From the NCBI GenBank assembly GCA_029210695.1, contig JARGFH010000028.1, forward strand, positions 1 to 46,632: a DNA stretch of 46,632 bases. The letters are read 5' to 3'. The stretch's first letter is position 1. Every line of letters starts with the position of its first letter. Below are positions 18,212-27,123 of this stretch, one piece after another. Both the position numbers and the translations under genes were made by a program. The stretch comes from Acidimicrobiia bacterium. Its GTDB lineage: Bacteria > Actinomycetota > Acidimicrobiia > Spongiisociales > JAHEDJ01. A model generated the notes under the pieces. That model saw only the letters and a list, made by a program, of their open reading frames with translations, searched no databases and was not told the DNA's origin.

Positions 18212-19405
18212 CTACGGCACCGCGGCAATGGCGAAGATGTATCCGGGGGCCTCGATCTGATGCATCGACCAGTCCTCGGTGTCGATGAACCACAACTGAC
18301 CGGACGAGAAGCCGGAAAGCGGCGAAGGCTCACCCACTGCGGCGATGAGCCAGCGCCCATCCACCGACCACGACACGGCCCGAAGCGTCTGAGGAAGCGT
18401 TGTCTCGAACACGATCGCTTCGCCTTCCAGGACCCAAAGCTGGGTCGGTGCTGCGACTCCGGTGGCGTCTTCCACCTCCCAGATCGCCCACCGGTTGTGG
18501 GCCGATGAGGTAACGATCGCAGACATCCGCTTTTCGCTTGGAAACGGGAAGTCGGCCGTTTCAGTCAAGTCTCGAGACACGCGCTGGAGGCTGCCGGCAT
18601 TCGAGATGAGAACGTCGCCGTCGGGCAGCACGCCGAGGTAGCGGGCGGCCAGGCGACCCGACTCGCGTCCCTCTTCGGGATCGATAGCGATCAGCGAATA
18701 GCCGTCCTCGTCGGTTAGGGATTGGAGGAGGAAACCCTGGTCGTCGAAGCGGACTACAGATGGAACAGAGTCCAGATCGGCGGGGTCGTCGGCGATGGGA
18801 AACACTCCGTCTGCGCCGGCGGGCAGCGTCGCCGTTCGAAGCAAAGCGGGGAGGGTCTCCGGAAGTGATTGATCGAGTTCGATCCAGGCAATTCGACCGG
18901 GATCCGTGGCATGCCACGCCCAGCTCGTCATAGATAGAGCGATCGGCTCGGCATTCTCGGGTGTTCCGACCCAGAGGTTCCAACCGGGAGAAACGGTGCT
19001 GAGCGCCGCGGCCGCGATCCGCACCCGGGAGCTGTTGAAGTCTGCCCATCTCATACGCTCGGGGATATCAATGACGAGCGGCGTGCCGGTTCGCGACTCC
19101 CACCGCCACAGTACGCCCAGGCTATTGCGGAATCCGGCCAGGTACAGCGTCCCCTCGTAGCCGTCGACCAGGATGTCGAGCCGGGAGGGGGCCAGCATCG
19201 TGGTTGTGGCCGGCACGGTTGGCGGAGCAGCAACCTCCGGGATCGTCGAGGGTGTTGTGTTCGGATCTGGCGAGTTCTGTTGGGCCCCCGTCGCGATCAG
19301 GAGCCCGACCGCAATGCCGCCGATGATCCCGATGGGCAGCCAGCCGCGACCGCGTGGCTCGGGATCAGGTTGGTCCTCGGTTCCGACGATCGTGACCTTG
19401 TCCAT
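18212..19405 (-). CDS. Hypothetical membrane-anchored exported protein, probably a beta-propeller
   Basis: TM helix, then a Pro/Thr linker, then beta-rich repeats (WAWH..DPGRIAW, VSWSVDGRWL). Confidence 0.75.
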   Translation of the reverse strand: MDKVTIVGTEDQPDPEPRGRGWLPIGIIGGIAVGLLIATGAQQNSPDPNTTPSTIPEVAAPPTVPATTTMLAPSRLDILVDGYEGTLYLAGFRNSLGVLWRWESRTGTPLVIDIPERMRWADFNSSRVRIAAAALSTVSPGWNLWVGTPENAEPIALSMTSWAWHATDPGRIAWIELDQSLPETLPALLRTATLPAGADGVFPIADDPADLDSVPSVVRFDDQGFLLQSLTDEDGYSLIAIDPEEGRESGRLAARYLGVLPDGDVLISNAGSLQRVSRDLTETADFPFPSEKRMSAIVTSSAHNRWAIWEVEDATGVAAPTQLWVLEGEAIVFETTLPQTLRAVSWSVDGRWLIAAVGEPSPLSGFSSGQLWFIDTEDWSMHQIEAPGYIFAIAAVP

Positions 19406-19500
19406 TCGGGATCTGCACCAGTGGTTGTCGAGAAATCCAGGCTTCAGCAAGTGCGGGATGTTGCCGAATCAGTAGATGTAACCACACGGAGCGGGAAACC

Positions 19501-19686
19501 ATGCGAGAAGCGCTCGAACTCTCCATCGAGATGAGTGAGCGAACCGTCACCGCACTAGATCGCGAGGCCCGGTGGCCCGACATCGAACTGCACCGCCGTT
19601 GCATCGAGGCCCGGAAGCGGAGGTCCCTGGGCGCTCTCGACGAACTGCTCGGTCGCATCGACGACGTGTTGAAGGCCGACGCCTAG
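19501..19686 (+). CDS. Small hypothetical helical protein (61 aa)
   Basis: Fills the intergenic gap, has GGAG upstream and protein-like composition. Its stop overlaps the convergent EamA stop. Confidence 0.45.
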   Translation: MREALELSIEMSERTVTALDREARWPDIELHRRCIEARKRRSLGALDELLGRIDDVLKADA

Positions 19687-20582
19687 GCCTCGCCTCGTGA
19701 AGCCAGCAGCGCACCCGCAATAACGAGGCCGACGCCGGCCACCGAGATTGCGGTCACAGCGTCACCGCGGAAGATGACCCCGAGCGCCAGCGCAACGACC
19801 GGGATCAGATAGGTGATGAATGAAGCTCTGGTCGAACCGACCCGTCCGGTCAGTGTTCCCATGATGACGAACGCCAGTCCGGTCCCGAGCACGCCCGCCG
19901 TCGTAACCGCGAAGAACGAGTCCCATCTCCAGCTCGAATCGAGCGCTTCCCAGAGCCCGAACGGCGCAGTCCAGATGGCGGCCAATCCGAGCATTCTTCC
20001 CATGACGGGCAACGATCCGTACCTTTGCTGGACCGGGGTCGCAATCGTGACGGCCAGGCCGTAGCAAAGTGTCGCCAGCAGCACCAGCGCCACGCCCAGC
20101 GCCTCCGAACTGCCCTCGCCGAATGAGGGCGAGGCGATGGCGATGACGCCGAGAAATCCGGTGGCCACTCCGGCCAGTTGTGCTCCTCTCGGCAGGCGGT
20201 GGAGCATGATCGACGCGATGGCGGCCGCAAAGATCGGCATGGCCCCATTGAGCATTCCGGCAAGCGCCGAGTTGATCCATTGCTGGGCGATGGGGAAGAG
20301 CGTGAACGGGATCGCCACCCAGATCAGCGACAGGGCGACGAGCCGAGGCCAGTCGGCCCGCTCCACCGGTTGGCGCGTCTTGCGGAAGACCCAGAGCACA
20401 CCGGCACCCGAGGCGACTCGCAACCACGTGATCAAACCGGGCCGGAAAGCGTCGAGCCCGATATCCATCAGCACGAACGACGAGCCCCAGATGATGCTGA
20501 TCGACCAGAACAGACCCCAGTCACTCGTGGTGAACGAATGCTGGTTCGTGCCGGCGGACGTGGAGAGGATCCTGGAGCTCAT
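19683..20582 (-). CDS. DMT/EamA family transporter
   Basis: IWGSSF, about 10 TM segments in two repeats, GTGLAF and RASFITYLIPVVA. Confidence 0.93.
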   Translation of the reverse strand: MSSRILSTSAGTNQHSFTTSDWGLFWSISIIWGSSFVLMDIGLDAFRPGLITWLRVASGAGVLWVFRKTRQPVERADWPRLVALSLIWVAIPFTLFPIAQQWINSALAGMLNGAMPIFAAAIASIMLHRLPRGAQLAGVATGFLGVIAIASPSFGEGSSEALGVALVLLATLCYGLAVTIATPVQQRYGSLPVMGRMLGLAAIWTAPFGLWEALDSSWRWDSFFAVTTAGVLGTGLAFVIMGTLTGRVGSTRASFITYLIPVVALALGVIFRGDAVTAISVAGVGLVIAGALLASRGEA

Positions 20583-20756
20583 AGCTTCCTGATTCTCACA
20601 CACAGAGTTGTGAACAGTGCGCGAACCGGCGACTACTCAACGAGTGGGCGCATCGGGTGAGTCACATCCAGGCAGTTCGGCTGGGTCCGGAGAGGTCGGT
20701 GCCCGACCACGAGGTCGCGCAGCAATGCTCAAAGAGCAAGACCCGAGTCTTCGCCC

Positions 20757-21380
20757 CTAAGAGCCGAGGATTTCAGTTCGATCCCACGCTCTGGCGGTCT
20801 GTTTTCCAATGGCAGGGAGGTGTTCGAGCGTGCGAGCGACCCTCCAGGCCAGCAGCACTGCGACGACCGGAACCGGATCTTCAACCTCGATCTTGTGGTG
20901 GTCGAACGTCGCTACCACTCCGTCGGCGTGGATTCGCCAGCCACCAGCGCGCTCGTCCCGATCGATGGTGTAGGTGCAATCGCCTGCGCGGACCGCAAAA
21001 CAGTGATCAAGGGCCGTCCACTCTGCCTCCGCCCGCATGTTGCCCCCGAGATCCACCAGTACCGTCCGACCGTGCCGGGGGCGGACACCGGTGCTGAAAG
21101 TCTCGAAACTCAATTTGGAGCCGTCGCGGAATCGAACGTCGTTGCCGCGTACTGTCGCCACCTTGCCCGCACTGCTTCGTAACTCGCACTTCTTGACCAG
21201 AAATCCCGAGGCCGAGAATTCGGCATTCCCTGTCAGAACAGGGCCGCCGAATCGTTCTGCCCGGACGCTGTTCGGGGATGGAGCCACGGTGGGTTCGTGA
21301 TCGGATGGATGGACATCGTCCATGCTCTGCACCACCTTTCGTCCCACGGCCATTGTCACCCGGGGGTTCATATCCGTCAA
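20757..21380 (-). CDS. Hypothetical beta-rich protein (start uncertain)
   Basis: Most protein-like ORF in the gap: a run of beta strands ending in a hydrophobic helix. Confidence 0.55.
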   Translation of the reverse strand: MTDMNPRVTMAVGRKVVQSMDDVHPSDHEPTVAPSPNSVRAERFGGPVLTGNAEFSASGFLVKKCELRSSAGKVATVRGNDVRFRDGSKLSFETFSTGVRPRHGRTVLVDLGGNMRAEAEWTALDHCFAVRAGDCTYTIDRDERAGGWRIHADGVVATFDHHKIEVEDPVPVVAVLLAWRVARTLEHLPAIGKQTARAWDRTEILGS

Positions 21381-21446
21381 CGGTTGGTTCGGAGTGCATC
21401 ACAGCCGATTTGGTGAGGTTTTGGAGAGGAACCGTATCCTGCCCAC

Positions 21447-23750
21447 ATGAAATCACCTACCCGTCGGCGACACGGCGACGAAATGCTCCGAGCTGTCGGG
21501 CCATTTCGTGCGATCCGACGCCAGCACGGGCCGACACACGGACCGCGTACGTCGTATCTCACGCTTGCTGTCGTCGTCGTGCTCTTCGCGACCGCTTGCA
21601 CACCAATCGACGGCAACGCAGAACCAAACGGGACTGCTACCTCTTCAGTGCCAGGAGCTCCGGACGGCGACACAACTCCCTCGCCGGGGGTTAGTGCACC
21701 CAGCACGACCAGCCCTCAGATCGATGCAGAGGAGCGGGCGGCGGTGATCGACGACGTTGTGGAATTCGCAGCTGCGGTCACCGGCGACGACGGCGACGAG
21801 GCCCATATTCAGATCGCGGAGTATCTCCGTTCTCGACTCGAGTTCGTCGACGCCGGGGTGAGCGAAGACGACATTGTTTGGGGAGTCTTTGCGGATGGCG
21901 GCCTCTACGTCCACATCGACAACGCCTACGACAGAACAGAGGAAGAGGTGGCAGGGGGTGCCGCGATCGGTTTGACTGCGTCCATGCCGGCAGCAGCAGA
22001 CGGCGGTCGCTTCGTCCCGGCGCTCGCTGCTCAAGCCAGCGGCGGCTCGACCATTCCAGCCTCAACCAAGGCAGTGATCCTCGAGGCGTACGGCCCAATG
22101 GACGAGGGAGCCGGGGATCTGGTCGGACCATGGTTGACAGATGCCGGCTATTCCGTGTCGAGGTACGACGCAACCATAGATGAGTTGCTGTCGGTCGGCT
22201 CGAGCGGCATCTTCCTCTACAACGGACACGGTGGCACTGTGCCGCGTCCCTTTCACAAAAACGAATCTCCGGCCTTCGTACTCACTTCGACCACGCCGAT
22301 CACTCCGGAAGGCAACGTAGCGTACGCCGCACAACTCGAAGCCGGAGAAATGGCATGGGCATCGGTGGCGTGGGAAGTTAACGTCGCCTTCGCCCCCGAG
22401 GATCCTGAATGCCTTGCCCTTCTCCCCGGTGAGAGGAAACCCCTCAAATGCCAAAGCAGAAAGCATAGGTCGGTCTATGCCATTACCGACAAGGTCGTTG
22501 AGGAATGGCACTTCGCCGATGGAGCCCTGGTGGTGCTCAACGCCTGTACGAGCACTGCTCTGAGCGGCGTCATAACTCGCGCAGGAAACGTGGGCGCATT
22601 CGTCGGATGGGACAGACCGGTCGCGATTCGGGGTGCCCCCATCGTCCTAGCGCTCTTCTTCGATCGGCTCCTCGGGATCAACACGACACCTCCCAACGAG
22701 TGGCCGGACATGCGCCCATTCGACGCGGGGAGCGTGTTCAAATACATGGAGGAACGGAAGAAGATCGTTGATCCCGTCAACAAGAAGGCGAAGCTGTCGG
22801 TCGTCGACCTTGGTCAAACGATCCTGATTCCGTCGATCAAGTTCATGGAGGTTCACGAGGACTCCAATGAGCTGTTCGTAGAAGGTTTGTTCGGCACTCG
22901 CCCCGGAACGATAAAGATTGGAACTACCGAAAAGGATGCCGCCGACTGGAGCGCAGAGACTGTGGTCGTCAAGATCGAGGACACGGGACCGACCGCGGCC
23001 GGTGAGGTGACGGTGATCGTCGACGGCCGAAAGAGCAACCCTGTGCCGCTGACCCAGTGGCGCGGAAAGATGTACTACTCGGCTGATATAGATGGGTTGG
23101 CGAAAGGGCTCGAGGCCGACGTCGTGTTCGACGTGCATCTCCGGGCCGATGTCCACATGTACCGTGACGTACCGTGGGAAGAGCCGGCCGAGCGCCGGGT
23201 TGAGATCAGAGCCGTCGGCGATTCCACCGGTCCGTGGGAAGTGAGCGGGTCGGCATCCAACCAGGGTGCCACATTCACGCTGACGGGGAGCGGCATCCTC
23301 GAAGCAGAAGAGACGCAACCGGATCATGAAGGCGCGCTGTTCGCCATTTTCGGCACGCTTGTATCGGGGAACCCGGGTACTCCCCCGACGGTCGAGGATC
23401 TGCGGATTCATGCGCATTTCTCTTCGGATTCTGAGGCACGTTTGAAGATAGAAGCACCCGGAGCACCGGCCATGGAGAGCGGTTTCCCGCTGCCCCAATC
23501 ATCCATTCTGAACAACGTTCCCTTCCGGTTCCGCAGCGACTTCGGAATCGAGGCATCGCAGGTCGAAGGTCAGTCAATGGGGATTTCGGGTCCTGTGATT
23601 CTCTACTGGGACGACCTTCCGGCGATGTTCCAACCCTCCATTGAGAATCCGCCTCAGGCCGGAGCGGGCGATCCGACGGCATCTTCCGCGCAGATCATCA
23701 ATCACTGGACATCTGTAGGTGTGACTCTCGCGTGGCGACCGATCGGTTGA
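21447..23750 (+). CDS. Large lipoprotein with a putative clan-CD protease domain and an IPT/TIG-like domain (true start may be downstream)
   Basis: Lipobox LFATA-C; GIFLYNGHGG and LVVLNACTS; TIG-like GLFG..PGTIKIG...WSAETVVVKI..GEVTVIVDGRKSNPVPL. Confidence 0.8.
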   Translation: MKSPTRRRHGDEMLRAVGPFRAIRRQHGPTHGPRTSYLTLAVVVVLFATACTPIDGNAEPNGTATSSVPGAPDGDTTPSPGVSAPSTTSPQIDAEERAAVIDDVVEFAAAVTGDDGDEAHIQIAEYLRSRLEFVDAGVSEDDIVWGVFADGGLYVHIDNAYDRTEEEVAGGAAIGLTASMPAAADGGRFVPALAAQASGGSTIPASTKAVILEAYGPMDEGAGDLVGPWLTDAGYSVSRYDATIDELLSVGSSGIFLYNGHGGTVPRPFHKNESPAFVLTSTTPITPEGNVAYAAQLEAGEMAWASVAWEVNVAFAPEDPECLALLPGERKPLKCQSRKHRSVYAITDKVVEEWHFADGALVVLNACTSTALSGVITRAGNVGAFVGWDRPVAIRGAPIVLALFFDRLLGINTTPPNEWPDMRPFDAGSVFKYMEERKKIVDPVNKKAKLSVVDLGQTILIPSIKFMEVHEDSNELFVEGLFGTRPGTIKIGTTEKDAADWSAETVVVKIEDTGPTAAGEVTVIVDGRKSNPVPLTQWRGKMYYSADIDGLAKGLEADVVFDVHLRADVHMYRDVPWEEPAERRVEIRAVGDSTGPWEVSGSASNQGATFTLTGSGILEAEETQPDHEGALFAIFGTLVSGNPGTPPTVEDLRIHAHFSSDSEARLKIEAPGAPAMESGFPLPQSSILNNVPFRFRSDFGIEASQVEGQSMGISGPVILYWDDLPAMFQPSIENPPQAGAGDPTASSAQIINHWTSVGVTLAWRPIG

Positions 23751-23860
23751 CGACCCGCCCGCTCGGCTCCAGTCGAGCTTCAACTGAAGCGGGTGTCGGA
23801 GTGCCGCGTAGCATCCTCCCCTCGTTGAGGAGCATTGCTGTAGAACGAAGGCCCTCGAAG

Positions 23861-23933
23861 TGGTCAGGGGCGGGATCGATCCGCCGACCTCTGGTTTTTC
23901 AGACCAGCGCTCTACCAACTGAGCTACCTGACC
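23861..23933 (-). tRNA. tRNA-Phe (GAA)
   Basis: Cloverleaf with acceptor GGTCAGG/CCTGACC and anticodon arm CTGGT-CTGAAAA-ACCAG. CCA is not encoded. Confidence 0.95.
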
Positions 23934-23935
23934 AC

Positions 23936-23959
23936 GAAGCCCTGACGGATCAGGGCTTC
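23936..23959. other. Perfect 10-bp hairpin in the inter-tRNA spacer
   Basis: GAAGCCCTGA-CGGA-TCAGGGCTTC. Confidence 0.8.
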
Positions 23960-24037
23960 TGGCGGGGACGACGAGATTTGAACTCGCGACCTCCGGCTTG
24001 ACAGGCCGGCGTGAACTCCAGACTTCACCACGCCCCC
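23960..24037 (-). tRNA. tRNA-Asp (GTC)
   Basis: Acceptor GGGGGCG/CGTCCCC followed by G-CCA; anticodon arm CCGGC-CTGTCAA-GCCGG; T-loop TTCAAAT. Confidence 0.96.
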
Positions 24038-24130
24038 GTGGCGTGTATCCCGACCGAAATCAGGAACCGTCAGGCCACAAAGAATAGCGCTACTACGCGC
24101 TGCAATGCCAAAGCAACGTTTCCGGCGCAG

Positions 24131-25150
24131 TCATCCGTGCTGGATGGCAACCTTGCCCCGCTGGAGACCCGAGTCGAGTCTGGCCACAGCCTCCGGCAGC
24201 GCCTCGAACGGATAGACCGAGTCGACGATGACGGGAACTGCAGTGCTATCGATGAGCCGGGTCACGCGGGCGAACTCGGCATGGTCGAACATCGTCGACC
24301 CGATGATTTCGAGTTGCTTGAAGAAGAGGTAGGGGACCGAGATTTCGACCTTCGGGCCGCTCGTCGACCCGCAGATCGCCAACCGACCGCCGGCTTCGAG
24401 AGATCGAATCGACTGGTTCCACGTGGCCGGACCAACGTTCTCGATCACCACGTCTGCGCCTCTTCCGATCGACTTCTTGAGGTCCTTGGCGAATTCGCCC
24501 CCAGAGTCGAAACCGCCTGTCGCTCCCAACTCCAATGAGGCCGCGATCTTGTCGGGGCTACGGGATGTGACGAAGACATCTGCTCCGAGCGCTTGGCCGA
24601 TGAGCTGAGCGGCCGAGGAGACACCCCCTCCAATCCCGACCACGAGAAGAACGTCACCCGCCTTGAGCCCTGCGCGGCGGAGCATCCGCATGGCAGTCCC
24701 GTAGGCGAGGCCGTACGACCCGGCCTCGATCGCAGACACACCGCCCGGTCGGGGCACTACGTTGCGCGCCGGGACGACTGCATATTCGGCCAGGGTGCCG
24801 TTCGAGTGCTCACCGAGGATCGCGTACGACTTACAGAACGGCGTGTTGCCCGCCAGGCAGGCGGCGCATTGTCCACACGACACCGACGGGTTGATCGTCA
24901 CCTCGTTGCCCACTGCGACGGTCGCTACACCTTCCCCGATCGCATCGACCTGCCCCGTCCCGTCCGCTCCGGCGATGTGCGGGAAATGATGCGGGGCGGG
25001 CATGCCCCTGGAAACCCAGAGGTCGAGATGGTTCAACGCCGAGACGTCGAGGCGCACCCGCACCTCCCCGAGTCCTGGCTCCGGTGTCGGCACCTCTTGC
25101 AGTGTGAACGACTCCGGGCCGTTCGTTTCGTTCAAAACCCATGCGCGCAT
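24131..25150 (-). CDS. MDR-family (zinc-binding dehydrogenase/quinone oxidoreductase) enzyme
   Basis: LNHLDLW, structural-Zn CGQCAAC...C, GIGGGV and GKVAI. TAGCCT lies 6 nt before the ATG. Confidence 0.92.
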   Translation of the reverse strand: MRAWVLNETNGPESFTLQEVPTPEPGLGEVRVRLDVSALNHLDLWVSRGMPAPHHFPHIAGADGTGQVDAIGEGVATVAVGNEVTINPSVSCGQCAACLAGNTPFCKSYAILGEHSNGTLAEYAVVPARNVVPRPGGVSAIEAGSYGLAYGTAMRMLRRAGLKAGDVLLVVGIGGGVSSAAQLIGQALGADVFVTSRSPDKIAASLELGATGGFDSGGEFAKDLKKSIGRGADVVIENVGPATWNQSIRSLEAGGRLAICGSTSGPKVEISVPYLFFKQLEIIGSTMFDHAEFARVTRLIDSTAVPVIVDSVYPFEALPEAVARLDSGLQRGKVAIQHG

Positions 25151-25272
25151 GGGACGAGGCTAACGGTCTTCGCCCCCCAGTTCCGGAAACAGCTGCAGAA
25201 ATCGCGACAACTCACCCGTTTGCGACTCGCCGGCCCGCGTCTCGCGTCTCGTGATCCGTATCCTGGGTGGGT

Positions 25273-25671
25273 ATGCCCCACACTACGAACGTCCAGGTCC
25301 GTTTCTATGAACTCGATCCGTACGACCATGTCAACCACGCGGTTTACTTCTCGTATTTCGAGACGGCCAGGATTGAGGCCCTCGCTTCGGTTGGATACGA
25401 CCTGACCCGGCTGAAGGAAGAGGGCTTCCGCCTCGTGGTGAGCGACGTGCGGGCAAGGTTTCACCGCCCGGCCGTCTACGGCGAGATCCTCGAGATCACG
25501 AGCAGCCTGGTGGAGTCGAAACGGGTTACGTCACGATGGAGACAGGAGGCTCGGGCAGGCGGTGAACTGGTAGCCGCGCTCGAACTCACCGGTGCGATCA
25601 CCGATGGAACCGGCCGGCCCCGTCGTGCGCCCGCCGGCTTTCTCGAGGCAATCGAGCCACTTCGGTTGTGA
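25273..25671 (+). CDS. Acyl-CoA thioesterase (YbgC/FadM hotdog family)
   Basis: VRFYELDPYDHVNHAVYFSYFETAR. Confidence 0.9.
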   Translation: MPHTTNVQVRFYELDPYDHVNHAVYFSYFETARIEALASVGYDLTRLKEEGFRLVVSDVRARFHRPAVYGEILEITSSLVESKRVTSRWRQEARAGGELVAALELTGAITDGTGRPRRAPAGFLEAIEPLRL

Positions 25672-25707
25672 GGAGTTGGCGTCTGGTTGAGCTCCCGGGT
25701 CGGCCCT

Positions 25708-25905
25708 CCCCTCCCCTCGGGGACTCGGGTCGCCCCCCACTGCGTGGGGGGCGAACGCCGCCGGCTCGCTCTCCCAAGGGCGTTTCTCTCCCGCTTGGGC
25801 GGGGGAGATGCCGAGTCTTCTCGGCAGAGGGGGCAGATCTTCGGATGCTTAGCCCCCCTCCCCTCGGGGACTCGGGACTCCCCCCACTGCGTGGGGGGAG
25901 AACGC
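25708..25905. repeat. Cluster of three REP-like double-hairpin elements in alternating orientation
   Basis: Near-identical ~51-bp copies at 25708-25758 and 25855-25905, with a related element in the opposite orientation at about 25786-25833. Confidence 0.8.
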
Positions 25906-25945
25906 AAGGAGGCGCCGTCGGTAGCTTCGCCCTGGTTTTCGCGTG

Positions 25946-26115
25946 GCTCGCTGGGGGTGGCCCCCTACCCCCGGCGCCTCGTCCCTCGGCTCCGGCGGTA
26001 CCTTCCCCCCGGACGCTCGCTTCGCTCGCTGGGGGTGGCCCCCCTACCCCCGGCGCCTCGTCCCTCGGCTCCGGCGGTACCTTCCCCCCGGACGCTCGCT
26101 TCGCTCGCTGGGGGG
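25946..26115. repeat. 78/79-bp tandem repeat (2 full units plus a partial unit)
   Basis: Units 25946-26023 and 26024-26102 differ by one C in a homopolymer. Partial third unit GCTCGCTGGGGG. Confidence 0.9.
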
Positions 26116-26123
26116 ACCGACGG

Positions 26124-27122
26124 CTAGAGCACGACCGCGTTCGTGACGTGCAGTCTGACCTCAGCTCCGATCTCCGGCGGCGGTCCAACGACCTCGACGT
26201 CGAGGATTGTTTCACCCGTGATCGAAACGCCCACCACGTGGTGTCCACCGCGGAATACCCGGCTATCCACGATTCCTTGGACGGCGCCGTTCGGGTCGAG
26301 TTCGATCGCATCGGGTGGGATGACGAGCGTGAAGGATCCCGGGCGCTCGTGTTGCGTCGGGAACGAACCCCACGAAGTCCTGGCGGTTCCATCAGCTACT
26401 TCAGCTTGCACGATGTTGCGGAAGCCGAGGAAGCGGGCGGTCCATTCATCGACTGGTTGCCTGTAGACGGACTCTGGGGTTCCCTCCTGGGCGACGGTTC
26501 CGTCTCGCAACACGAGCAGGCGATCGGCGATGGTGAAGGCCTCCTCCTGGTCGTGAGTTACGTACACGGCGGTTATGGCGTGATCGACCAGCAACTGGCG
26601 TAGTTCGACAATGAGGCGTTCACGCAGTATCCGGTCGAGCGATCCGAGCGGTTCGTCCAGCATCAGCAACCGAGGTGCCGGTGCCAGGGCTCTGGCGAGG
26701 GCAACCCGCTGCTGTTCGCCGCCGGATAGGTTCGTGATCCGCCGGTCGGCGTAGGCGGCCATGCCGACCCAATCGAGTACCTCGGAGACCCTGGCCCGGA
26801 TCTCGGCGGCCGGACGACGTTGCATGCGCAGCCCGAAGGCGACGTTGGCGCCGATCGATTGATGGGGGAAGAGCGCGTAATCCTGAAACATCAGGCCGAA
26901 ACCCCGGTTCTCGACGGGTACCCGGGCGAGGTCCTCACCGTCCCAGCGCAGTGCGCCCCGGGTTGGCACCTGGAGGCCGGCGATGGCACGGAGAAGGGTC
27001 GTCTTGCCGGAACCGCTCGGACCGAGAACCGCCAGCACTTCTCCATCCTGTACCTCGACATCGACGTCGCTCAGGATGGTCGTGCCCAGGATCTCCACCG
27101 TGAGATGATCGACGAGCAGCAT
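26124..27122 (-). CDS. thiQ: Thiamine ABC transporter ATP-binding protein
   Basis: GPSGSGKT, LSGGEQQRVALARA, LLMLDEP and VTHDQEEA. Last gene of the TPP-riboswitch operon. Confidence 0.88.
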   Translation of the reverse strand: MLLVDHLTVEILGTTILSDVDVEVQDGEVLAVLGPSGSGKTTLLRAIAGLQVPTRGALRWDGEDLARVPVENRGFGLMFQDYALFPHQSIGANVAFGLRMQRRPAAEIRARVSEVLDWVGMAAYADRRITNLSGGEQQRVALARALAPAPRLLMLDEPLGSLDRILRERLIVELRQLLVDHAITAVYVTHDQEEAFTIADRLLVLRDGTVAQEGTPESVYRQPVDEWTARFLGFRNIVQAEVADGTARTSWGSFPTQHERPGSFTLVIPPDAIELDPNGAVQGIVDSRVFRGGHHVVGVSITGETILDVEVVGPPPEIGAEVRLHVTNAVVL

Positions 27123-27123
27123 C

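Noticed and set aside
20630..20660. Similarity to 43278-43305 (ACTCAACGAG...GGCGC.ATC.GGGT)
   Set aside because: A 10-bp core plus a gapped GC-rich match is expected by chance in 46 kb.
18200..23933. Integrative element at tRNA-Phe
   Set aside because: No integrase, and I found no duplicated tRNA 3' end (att site).
25700..26120. CRISPR array
   Set aside because: Units are 51-79 bp and tandem or inverted, with no unique spacers and no cas genes.
25476..26603. Long ORFs (e.g. 25668..26603 +, 25598..26392 -) crossing the repeats
   Set aside because: Pro/Gly/Arg low-complexity translations of GC-rich repeats that overlap thiQ.
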